NCBI GenBank assembly: GCA_945873115.1
Contig: CAMCBT010000005.1
Span: 69-64,068, forward strand
Length of the DNA: 64,000 bases
From: an uncultured Mitsuokella sp.
GTDB taxonomy: Bacteria; Bacillota; Negativicutes; Selenomonadales; Selenomonadaceae
Reading direction: 5' to 3'
Below the pieces are notes generated by a model, which made no database searches, was not told the DNA's origin, and saw only the letters and a list, made by a program, of their open reading frames with translations. Of the stretch, positions 29,027 to 37,348 are shown piece by piece (positions within the stretch are counted from its first letter, which is position 1; the number at the start of each line of letters is the position of its first letter). The translations under genes were made by a program, and so were the position numbers.

Positions 29027-31620
29027 TTCATTCCCTCCTCTCGCTTCGCCTGCTCCTGGAGCTCATAGAGCTTGTTCATCGCCTCCAGTGGCGTCATGGT
29101 CATCACATCAAGGCCAAGAATCGTATCCCGAAGGCTGTCGGCAAAGAGAGACATGGTCATATTCTCCTGCTCGCTCGTCTCCTGTGGGGCTTCTCCCATA
29201 GGATGCGACGGAGCCTCTGCCTCCAGCTCCTTCAGCACCTCCTCTGCCCGCTCTGTCACTGCCCTTGGAAGGCCGGCGAGACGCGCCACGTGGATGCCAT
29301 AGGACTTATCTGCGGCCCCGCGGATGATGCGGCGCAGGAAGGCCACCTCCCGGCCCCGCTCCTTGACGGCAATGCAGAAGTTCTTGATTTTGTCATCCTC
29401 AAGGGTCGTGAGCTCGTGGTAGTGGGTGGCAAAGAGGGTCTTTGCGTGAATCTTCTTCTCCATGTACTCGATGACGGCACGGGCAATGCTCATGCCGTCA
29501 TAGGTGCTGGTGCCCCGGCCGATTTCATCCAGTATGACAAGGCTATTCTTCGTGGCGTATTTCAAAATCTGCGACACCTCGTTCATCTCCACCATAAAGG
29601 TGCTCTGGCCGCTTACCAGGTCATCGCTGGCGCCGATACGGGTGAAGATTCGGTCCACAGGCGAGATATACGCTTCCCTTGCCGGCACAAAGCTACCTGC
29701 CTGGGCCATGAGCGTAATGAGCGCCGTTTGGCGCATATAGGTGGACTTGCCCGCCATGTTCGGTCCCGTAATCAGCATGATTTCCGAGTCCTCATGGCGA
29801 AGCTCCGTGTCATTCGGGACAAAGATTTCCCTCGTCAGAAGCCGCTCCACGATGGGGTGGCGCCCATCCCGGATAAGGATTTCCCCATTGGCACGGATAT
29901 GGGGGCGCACATAGTTATAGCGGCTTGCCGCCTCCGCAAGAGACTGGAGCCCATCGAGCCTTGCCACCGCTTGGGATGTCTCCTGGATTTCCGGCAGGCG
30001 CTTCTTTATAGTCTCTCTGACCTCGGTGAAGATATGATACTCCAGGGCAACAATTTTCTCCTGGGCACCAAGAATCTTCGTCTCAAATTTCTTGAGCTCC
30101 TCTGTGATGTAGCGCTCTGCATTCGTCAGGGTCTGCTTTCGGATATAGCGCTCCGGCACGAGGCTGGCCCCACTATTTCGCACCTCGATGTAATAGCCGA
30201 AAACCTTGTTGTAGCCGATTTTCAGAGACTTGATGCCCGTCTCTTCCTTCTCCCGCTCCTCGATTTCCTGGAGCATGGACTTGCTGTCGTGGGCAATGCG
30301 ACGGTATTCGTCAAGCTCTTCATTGTAGCCCGGCTTGATGATGCCTCCCTCCCGCACTGTGAGGCTCGGGTCCTCCACAATGGCCTGAGTAAGAAGGGCT
30401 GTAATATCCTCAAAAGACTGAAGCCCTGTTGAAATGCTCCGAAGCACTGATGCCTGGGCCTCGGCGAGGGCCTGCTTCATAGCTGGAAGCACGAGGAGTG
30501 ACACCTTCATAGCGATGAGGTCCCGGGCATTTGCCGTCCCCACCTCGATGCGGGTCAGGAGACGATCCAGGTCATAAATATCCCCGCAGGCCTCTCGCAC
30601 ATCGGAACGCATGGAGAACCTTTCCAGAAGCTCCCCCACTCCGTCAAGGCGGCCGTGGATATCGCCACTGGACATCATAGGGTACTCCAACCACTTTCGA
30701 AGAAGCCGGGAGCCCATGGGGGTCTCCGTAAAGTCAAGAACGCCCAGTAGCGTATTCTTCTTTCCCCCATCCCTGAGATTTCGTGTGACCTCGAGATTCC
30801 TCAGGGTATAGGTATCCAGCACGAGATTATCCAGCGTGCTGAGCTGCGTAAGGCTCCGGATCTGGGATACATCCGTCTTGACGGTAGCATGGATATAGTC
30901 GAGAAGCGTCGCCACTGCCTCCCCTGCCGCCGCATCCGAAGGCCGCATGGAGGCGTCGAAATGCTCCACGAGGCGATTTTCTACCTCTTTGGAGGCTCCC
31001 GCCAGCATCGTCACGGCACAGTCCGGCAGCCGAAGCTTCAGAAATGCCTTCAGCTTCTCCGTAAGGGAGAGCTCCGGAAGCAGCAGGATTTCTGCGGGCA
31101 TCCGACGATAAAGTTCATCGAAGAGCCCCTGTACACCGCTCGTCCCTTCGAAAATAGCGTAGAAGCACTCTCCTGTGGAGATATCCGCCCCCGCCAGGAT
31201 TGCGACTCCCTCCCGTTCGGAAACAAGGGCGAGATAGTTGTTTGACGCATCCTGCAGTGCACTGTCCGACAGGACGGTGCCCGGCGTCACAACCTTTATG
31301 ACCTCCCGCTTCGTGAGGCCCTTGGCCTTTGGGTCGCCAATCTGCTCGGCGATAGCCACCTTATAACCCTTGCGGATGAGCTTTTCGATATAGGCTTCCG
31401 CCGCATGGTAGGGCACGCCGCACATGGGAGCATTATCCGTATTCTTGCTACGGCTCGTGAGCGTGAGGCCCAGCTCCTTCGATACCATCCGGGCATCCTC
31501 GAAAAACATCTCATAGAAATCCCCCAAGCGGAAAAAGAGGATTGCCCCAGGGTATTCCGCCTTTGTCGCAAGATACTGCTGCATCATCGGTGTCAGCTGC
31601 TCATCCTTCATGTGCGTCAT
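29023..31620 (-). CDS. mutS: DNA mismatch repair protein MutS
   Basis: TPMMQQYLATKAEYPG..FFRLGDFYEMF, Walker A GPNMAGKSTYMRQ. The second ATG at 31611 may be the true start, because GGAGGTG is too close to 31620. Confidence 0.95.
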   Translation of the reverse strand: MTHMKDEQLTPMMQQYLATKAEYPGAILFFRLGDFYEMFFEDARMVSKELGLTLTSRSKNTDNAPMCGVPYHAAEAYIEKLIRKGYKVAIAEQIGDPKAKGLTKREVIKVVTPGTVLSDSALQDASNNYLALVSEREGVAILAGADISTGECFYAIFEGTSGVQGLFDELYRRMPAEILLLPELSLTEKLKAFLKLRLPDCAVTMLAGASKEVENRLVEHFDASMRPSDAAAGEAVATLLDYIHATVKTDVSQIRSLTQLSTLDNLVLDTYTLRNLEVTRNLRDGGKKNTLLGVLDFTETPMGSRLLRKWLEYPMMSSGDIHGRLDGVGELLERFSMRSDVREACGDIYDLDRLLTRIEVGTANARDLIAMKVSLLVLPAMKQALAEAQASVLRSISTGLQSFEDITALLTQAIVEDPSLTVREGGIIKPGYNEELDEYRRIAHDSKSMLQEIEEREKEETGIKSLKIGYNKVFGYYIEVRNSGASLVPERYIRKQTLTNAERYITEELKKFETKILGAQEKIVALEYHIFTEVRETIKKRLPEIQETSQAVARLDGLQSLAEAASRYNYVRPHIRANGEILIRDGRHPIVERLLTREIFVPNDTELRHEDSEIMLITGPNMAGKSTYMRQTALITLMAQAGSFVPAREAYISPVDRIFTRIGASDDLVSGQSTFMVEMNEVSQILKYATKNSLVILDEIGRGTSTYDGMSIARAVIEYMEKKIHAKTLFATHYHELTTLEDDKIKNFCIAVKERGREVAFLRRIIRGAADKSYGIHVARLAGLPRAVTERAEEVLKELEAEAPSHPMGEAPQETSEQENMTMSLFADSLRDTILGLDVMTMTPLEAMNKLYELQEQAKREEGMK

Positions 31621-31648
31621 GCACCTCCATTCGTAACATTCTTATGCG

Positions 31649-32980
31649 TCAGACCTGCTCGCCCTTCAGCACCCAGGTCTGAGGCTGGGTGATTTTCACC
31701 TGGATAAAGTCCCCTGCCTGCTCCTCCCGGCGCTGGAAAAGCACCATCTTGTTGGTACGGGTTCGCCCTGTCCATACGGTTTCATCGTTCTTGCTGGGGC
31801 CCTCCACGAGGATTTCCAGTATTTTCCCCTTGAGAGACTCATTGATTTCCCGACTGATTTCGTTCTGTACTTCCATAAGCTTTGCGAGCCGCTCATGCTT
31901 CACGCTATCCTCCACCTGGTTTTCCATGGTGGCGGCCGGCGTGCCGGAGCGTTTCGAATAAATAAAGGTGTAGGCGGAGTCGTAGCGCATTTCCCGCAGG
32001 AAATCCAGCATGGCGGAAAAATCCTCCTCCGTCTCTCCCGGAAAGCCCACGATGAGATCCGTCGTCAGGCTTACATTTGGAATCGCCTCTCGGATGCGCT
32101 TCACGAGGGCCCGATAGGCTTCCACCGTATACTTCCGGTTCATCCGCTTCAGGATAGCGTTGCTGCCATACTGTACCGGCAGATGGATATGCTCGCAGAT
32201 ATGCTCGCCGTCCCGGATTGCCTCGATGACCTCATTGGAAAGATCCTTCGGATGGGAGGTCATAAAGCGGACGCGGCTAATGCCCTTTACCCTGTCCACC
32301 TGGCGGAGGAGCTCCGCAAAACTCTCCTCGCTGCCATTGCCGTAGGAGTTCACATTCTGTCCCAGGAGCGTCACCTCCTGGCAGCCTTCCGCCACGACGC
32401 TCTCCACCTCCCGCAGGATATCCTCCATGGAGCGGCTACGCTCCCGTCCCCGCACATGGGGCACAATGCAATAGGTGCAGAAGTTATCACAGCCGTACAT
32501 GATGGGCACCCAGGCCGTGAGCTTGCTCTCTCGGACCACTGGTGCCCCCCCCGCAGGAAGCTCCGTCTCTGCAGCACCCACATTCACATGATGGGTATGC
32601 TCCGCCTCGATTTCCCGCACGATGCGAGCTAGCTCATGCACCCGATTCGTCCCCAGCACGAAGTCAATATGGGGTGCCCTTTTGATGAGCTTTTCCCCTT
32701 CCTTCTGGGCCATGCAGCCCGTGATGCCAAAGATAAGGTGCGGATTCTTTTCCTTCAGATGCTTAATTTCGCCGATTTTTCCATAGACTCGATCCTCTGC
32801 CGTCTCCCGCACGCAGCAGGTATTGATGAGGATGAGATCCGCCGTCTCCATGTCCTCCGTAGCCTCATAGCCGATTTCCTGCAGCTGCCCATCCATCCGT
32901 TCCGCATCGCTGCGGTTCATCTGGCATCCGTATACTATTAGTTTAACGAAACGGTGAACTTTTCCATCGATAATCTTCAT
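31649..32980 (-). CDS. miaB: tRNA-i6A37 methylthiotransferase
   Basis: YGCQMNRSDAERM UPF0004 domain, radical-SAM CDNFCTYCIVP, C-terminal TRAM domain. Confidence 0.92.
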   Translation of the reverse strand: MKIIDGKVHRFVKLIVYGCQMNRSDAERMDGQLQEIGYEATEDMETADLILINTCCVRETAEDRVYGKIGEIKHLKEKNPHLIFGITGCMAQKEGEKLIKRAPHIDFVLGTNRVHELARIVREIEAEHTHHVNVGAAETELPAGGAPVVRESKLTAWVPIMYGCDNFCTYCIVPHVRGRERSRSMEDILREVESVVAEGCQEVTLLGQNVNSYGNGSEESFAELLRQVDRVKGISRVRFMTSHPKDLSNEVIEAIRDGEHICEHIHLPVQYGSNAILKRMNRKYTVEAYRALVKRIREAIPNVSLTTDLIVGFPGETEEDFSAMLDFLREMRYDSAYTFIYSKRSGTPAATMENQVEDSVKHERLAKLMEVQNEISREINESLKGKILEILVEGPSKNDETVWTGRTRTNKMVLFQRREEQAGDFIQVKITQPQTWVLKGEQV

Positions 32981-33081
32981 GTATAAAAATCCGTCCTTTA
33001 TTTCATGATAATCAATAGATTATTGTATCAGACAGACGCTCCTTTGTCTATCCTGATTTTCTATCTCGATTTAACACAAAT

Positions 33082-33107
33082 AGCCCATCCGCTTTTGCAG
33101 ATGGGCT
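33082..33107 (-). terminator. hairpin terminator after the 58-aa ORF
   Basis: agcccatc / gatgggct stem, followed by ATTTGTGTT on the minus strand. Confidence 0.5.
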
Positions 33108-33113
33108 ACAGGA

Positions 33114-33290
33114 CTACTTCTCCAATCCGTTCATGATCCTGCCGAGATACCAGTGGCTGGTGAACGCCTTATGGGAACCGTCAGGATGCACGACGAAGTA
33201 GACGGTATACTGCGGCAGAATACAGATATCAGTAGAACCAGTATAGGAAATGACCTCCTCTTTTCCCGAGGCGGTTTGCCAGACACGCAT
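33114..33290 (-). CDS. hypothetical small protein (58 aa), not in the supplied ORF track
   Basis: MRVWQTASGKEEVISYTGSTDICILPQYTVYFVVHPDGSHKAFTSHWYLGRIMNGLEK reads like a beta-rich protein. It has its own downstream hairpin. The SD (GGAG) is 14 nt from the ATG, which is suboptimal. Confidence 0.4.
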   Translation of the reverse strand: MRVWQTASGKEEVISYTGSTDICILPQYTVYFVVHPDGSHKAFTSHWYLGRIMNGLEK

Positions 33291-33326
33291 CGAGAAAGAA
33301 GCATCTCCGCCCCCCCCCTATCGGAC

Positions 33327-33359
33327 AAAAACGGCTCCACCAAAGGCAGAGCCGTTTTT
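33327..33359 (-). terminator. Rho-independent terminator of polC
   Basis: aaaaacggctc / gagccgttttt perfect stem. Confidence 0.8.
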
Positions 33360-33360
33360 G

Positions 33361-36300
33361 TCACATAAAGAGGGCAATCTGATCGCTTTCGCTCATGCCA
33401 TCTAGGCAACCGTGAGCTCTTAGGACCTCGATATTCGTCTTGGAAATACCGGAGCGTCGGCGCAGATCCTCGATGGAGGTGAAGATGCCATCCTTCCGAG
33501 CCTCCACGATGCCCTGGGCTGCCTTTGTACCCATGCCGGATAGGGACGCGATGGGCGGCAGGAGCTCCTCCCCCACGATACGGAATTTTTCCGCATCGGA
33601 CTCATAGATATCCACATAGCGGCAGGAATAGCCACGGATATACATCTCCCAGGCCAGCTGGAGGACGATGAGGGTGGCGTTCTGCTTCACATCCAGCTTT
33701 TTCTCCTTTGCCGCTTGTTCAAGTGCTGCGATTTCCTGGCCGACGACCTCCTTGCCTCGGGCAATGATATTGGCGTCAAATTCCGCCGCCCGGATGGAAA
33801 AATAGGCGGCGTAATAGGCCAGTGGATAATGCACCTTGCAGAAGGCAATGCGATAGGCCATCATGACGTAGGCTGTGGCGTGGGCCCTTGGGAAGAGGTA
33901 CTTTATCTTCTGGCAGGACTCGATAAACCACTCCGGGATATTCCCCGCCCGCAGAGTCTCAACCACATCCTCCTTGATTCCCTTTCCCTTTCGGACATTC
34001 TCCATGGTCTTGAAGGAAAGAAGCGGATCAATGCCGCTGTGAATGAGGTACATCATGATATCATCACGGGCGGAGATAGCGTTTTTTATGGTGCACTGGC
34101 CGCCGCGGATGAGATCCTGGGCGTTGCCCAGCCACACATCCGTGCCGTGGGAAAAGCCCGAAATGCGGACAAGATCCGAGAACACATCAGGATTCGTATC
34201 GTCAATCATCTGGCGGGTGAAGGGCGTGCGGAACTCCGGGATACCGAAGGTGCCGCTCGTAGCGCCCAGCTCCTCCGGTGTCACCCCAAGGACATCCGTA
34301 GAGTTGAACAGGGACATGGTGGGTACATCATCAAGGGGGATAGTCTTCGGATCCCGATGGGTGAGATCTTCCAGCATCTTGATGACGGTGGGATCATCGT
34401 GGCCCAGAATATCCAGCTTGACGAGCCGGCTGGATATGGAGTGGTAATCGAAATGGGTCGTTATGGTGCCACACTCCATATCGTTTGCCGGGTGCTGGAT
34501 GGGCGTGAAATAGTGGATATCCATATTGCGGGGCACAACCATGATGCCCGCCGGGTGTTGGCCCGTGGTGCTTTTGACCCCCATACAGCCATGGGCAAGC
34601 TTATCGATATAGGAGATATGCTTCTTGACGCCCTTCTCCTCGAAGAACTTCTTCACATAGCCAAAGGCCGTCTTGTCCGCTACCGTCTGGATGGAGCCGG
34701 CCCGATAGACATTGTCCTTGCCAAAAAGTATCTCCGTATACTTATGGGCCACCGGCTGATAGGTGCCGGAGAAGTTCAAATCGATATCAGGGACCTTGTC
34801 CCCATCGAAGCCCAGAAAGACGGCGAAGGGGATGTCATGGCCGTCCTTGATAAGGGGCGTGCCGCAAACGGGGCAATCCATATCGGGAAGATCATAGCCG
34901 GAGCCATAGGAGCCATCATCGATGAATTTGCTGTACTGGCAGTGGGGGCAGCGCCAGTGAGGCGGCAGAGGATTGACCTCCGTGATTCCCGTCATGGTGG
35001 CGATAAAGGAGGAGCCGACAGAGCCGCGGGAGCCCACGAGATAGCCATCGTCATTTGACTTCTTCACGAGGCGTTGGGCAATGAGATAGAGCACGGAAAA
35101 GCCATGACCAATGATAGGCTTCAGCTCCTGCTCTAGGCGATCCTTTACCACCTTCGGCAGGTTCTGTCCGTACATGGCCTTTGCACGATTGTAACTCATG
35201 GTGCGGATTTCCTCGTCTGCACCGGGAATCATGGGCGAATAGAGATCCTTCGGAATCGGCTTGAACCGCTCGATGGAGTCACTTATCCACCGGGAATTCG
35301 TCACCACCGCCTCATAGCAGAGTCCCTCCCGGATTTCGTCCAGATAAGAGAACTCCTCTAGCATCTCCTCCGTCGTCCGAAGGTAAAGGGGCGGCTGCAG
35401 CTCCGCATCGGAAAAACCCTTGCCCTTCATGAGAATGGCACGATAGATGCTGTCCTCCGGATTAAGGAAATGTGTATCACAGGTGGCTACAAGGGGCTTA
35501 TCCAGCTCTGCCGCGAGGGCAGCAACCTTGCGATTGATGTTGAGAAGGTCTTCATCCGTCTGGATGTCCGGGTACTTATCGCTCCGCTTCAGAAAGTCGT
35601 TATTGTGGATGGGCTGGATTTCCAGATAGTCGTAGAAAGCAGCAATTTTCCGTAGTTCCTCATCGCTCTGGCCTTCTACAATGGCAGTGATGAGCTCTCC
35701 TGCCTCGCAGGCAGAACCGACAATTACCCCTTCTCGGAACTCCTCCACAATGCACTTCGGCAGGCGTGGGCGTCGACGGAAATATTTCAGGTGCGATAGC
35801 GACACCATCTGATAGATATTTCGAAGACCAACGGGATTCTGTGCCAGGAAAATAATATGGTTCGCCCTTTTTTTGGCATTGTCGTCGTCGACGAGATAGC
35901 CCTCCATGCCGTAGATGACCTTGATATCCAGCTTGTATTTCTCAAGGGCCTTCTCCGCATCCGGGAAGGCCTGCACTACACCGTGATCTGTTATGGCAAT
36001 GGCAGGCCACCCCCAGCGAGCAGCCGTCTGGATAAGCTTTGCGGGAGAGACCACCGCATCCATGCTGCTGAGCGTCGTATGGGCATGGAGCTCCACCCGC
36101 TTTTCCTCCGCCCTGTCCTCCCGCTGCCTTATCTCCTTCTTCGCAAGGCCATCGATAAAGAGGACGTACTCATTCATATAGGTATCGTAGCGGATGGATC
36201 CGCGGATACGGACGTGCATACCCTCCTTCAGGGCATCCTTTACCTTCTCCAGTTCATCCTCCGAGGCATTTTTCTTCCCGGGCTTGAAAAAGACCTTGCA

Positions 36301-37179
36301 GGCAATGCCATTCGTATCATCGGAAACACAAAAGGATAGGAGCGTGCTGCCGGTCTTGAATGTATTGTACTTGATACCGGAACCCGGCCCCTCGCCAATC
36401 GTCCCCTCCACCACGATGTTTTTCATTTCGCCATCGATATCGTCGATGGCAATAGACTCCCCCATGACACTTCGACCAAAGATGAGGCTCCCAGAGCCCT
36501 CCACCCGCATGGGGGTGGAATATCCCCCCTTTGCCTTTTTCGCCATCGGCTTTTCCGCCTTTTTCGGCGTCTTCGGCACGACAGAAAGCGTCGGCACCAC
36601 CGGCTTTTCCGTCTTCTCCACGGGTCGGTGATGGGCTGCAGCTCGCAGCCCCGTCTCCATATTCTCGATGACTTCTTCGCTGGCCTCAAACTCCACCAGG
36701 CAGCGATAGCCCAGCCTACGCTCGATGACCTCCATCATGGACTGGGTCACAGAGTGGGCCCGCATAATCTCCCCGCCCAGCTCCCCTGGCACATTCAAGT
36801 GAATCTTGCTTCCATCCACCACATAGGTGGAGCGCTTCAGAAGCTGAAATACACAGGCGTTTTCCTCGGAGGCCTCCTCGAGAATATCTTTCCAGAGCTT
36901 CGAGAGGCCATCCTCGATATTTATCACGTCCTGGTAGAAGGTAACGCTTTCGAGCTTATGGCCTGCGGCAATCTCTTCGCCCGCCCGGTCAAGCAGCTTT
37001 GCCGGAATCAGATTTTGGGAGCAAAGTGCAACCTCCCAGCACTTATTCTGGGCTGATATCTCCACATGCCGAATAACGCCTCCCTTCAGGAGACGTTTTT
37101 CCTCGTTCGTTGCTGCCATTCCCTGGACAAGCTTCCAAAAAAGATTAGCCTCTTGTGGCTGGATTCGATACTTCTGCAT
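33361..37179 (-). CDS. polC: DNA polymerase III PolC-type, apparently without the 3'-5' exonuclease insertion
   Basis: PolC N-domain, OB domain, PHP (VELHAHTTLSSMDAV...ITDHGVVQAFP), Zn-finger CPHCQY...CPVCG and polymerase core are all colinear. See the finding on the missing exonuclease domain. Confidence 0.93.
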   Translation of the reverse strand: MQKYRIQPQEANLFWKLVQGMAATNEEKRLLKGGVIRHVEISAQNKCWEVALCSQNLIPAKLLDRAGEEIAAGHKLESVTFYQDVINIEDGLSKLWKDILEEASEENACVFQLLKRSTYVVDGSKIHLNVPGELGGEIMRAHSVTQSMMEVIERRLGYRCLVEFEASEEVIENMETGLRAAAHHRPVEKTEKPVVPTLSVVPKTPKKAEKPMAKKAKGGYSTPMRVEGSGSLIFGRSVMGESIAIDDIDGEMKNIVVEGTIGEGPGSGIKYNTFKTGSTLLSFCVSDDTNGIACKVFFKPGKKNASEDELEKVKDALKEGMHVRIRGSIRYDTYMNEYVLFIDGLAKKEIRQREDRAEEKRVELHAHTTLSSMDAVVSPAKLIQTAARWGWPAIAITDHGVVQAFPDAEKALEKYKLDIKVIYGMEGYLVDDDNAKKRANHIIFLAQNPVGLRNIYQMVSLSHLKYFRRRPRLPKCIVEEFREGVIVGSACEAGELITAIVEGQSDEELRKIAAFYDYLEIQPIHNNDFLKRSDKYPDIQTDEDLLNINRKVAALAAELDKPLVATCDTHFLNPEDSIYRAILMKGKGFSDAELQPPLYLRTTEEMLEEFSYLDEIREGLCYEAVVTNSRWISDSIERFKPIPKDLYSPMIPGADEEIRTMSYNRAKAMYGQNLPKVVKDRLEQELKPIIGHGFSVLYLIAQRLVKKSNDDGYLVGSRGSVGSSFIATMTGITEVNPLPPHWRCPHCQYSKFIDDGSYGSGYDLPDMDCPVCGTPLIKDGHDIPFAVFLGFDGDKVPDIDLNFSGTYQPVAHKYTEILFGKDNVYRAGSIQTVADKTAFGYVKKFFEEKGVKKHISYIDKLAHGCMGVKSTTGQHPAGIMVVPRNMDIHYFTPIQHPANDMECGTITTHFDYHSISSRLVKLDILGHDDPTVIKMLEDLTHRDPKTIPLDDVPTMSLFNSTDVLGVTPEELGATSGTFGIPEFRTPFTRQMIDDTNPDVFSDLVRISGFSHGTDVWLGNAQDLIRGGQCTIKNAISARDDIMMYLIHSGIDPLLSFKTMENVRKGKGIKEDVVETLRAGNIPEWFIESCQKIKYLFPRAHATAYVMMAYRIAFCKVHYPLAYYAAYFSIRAAEFDANIIARGKEVVGQEIAALEQAAKEKKLDVKQNATLIVLQLAWEMYIRGYSCRYVDIYESDAEKFRIVGEELLPPIASLSGMGTKAAQGIVEARKDGIFTSIEDLRRRSGISKTNIEVLRAHGCLDGMSESDQIALFM

Positions 37180-37292
37180 AGCTTCGCTTCTACCTTTCTC
37201 TTTCCATTGATTCTATCACAGGGCTCTGTGGAAGTAAACCGAACAGAATGTGAAGACGAAGTTTCCATGGCCTGGAATGGAGAAGATATTGC

Positions 37293-37328
37293 AAAAAAAG
37301 AACGCCTCGGCAAAGCCGAAGCGTTCTT
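37293..37328 (-). terminator. Rho-independent terminator of nifJ
   Basis: aagaacgcttcggc / gccgaggcgttctt stem, followed by TTTTTTTGC on the minus strand. Confidence 0.8.
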
Positions 37329-37348
37329 GGGATTTTTCCGCCTAGAAA

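Noticed and set aside
33131-33409. 92-aa minus-strand ORF overlapping the polC stop
   Set aside because: The translation is R/S/C/P-rich and spans the polC terminator. An alternative 58-aa frame (33114..33290) is more protein-like.
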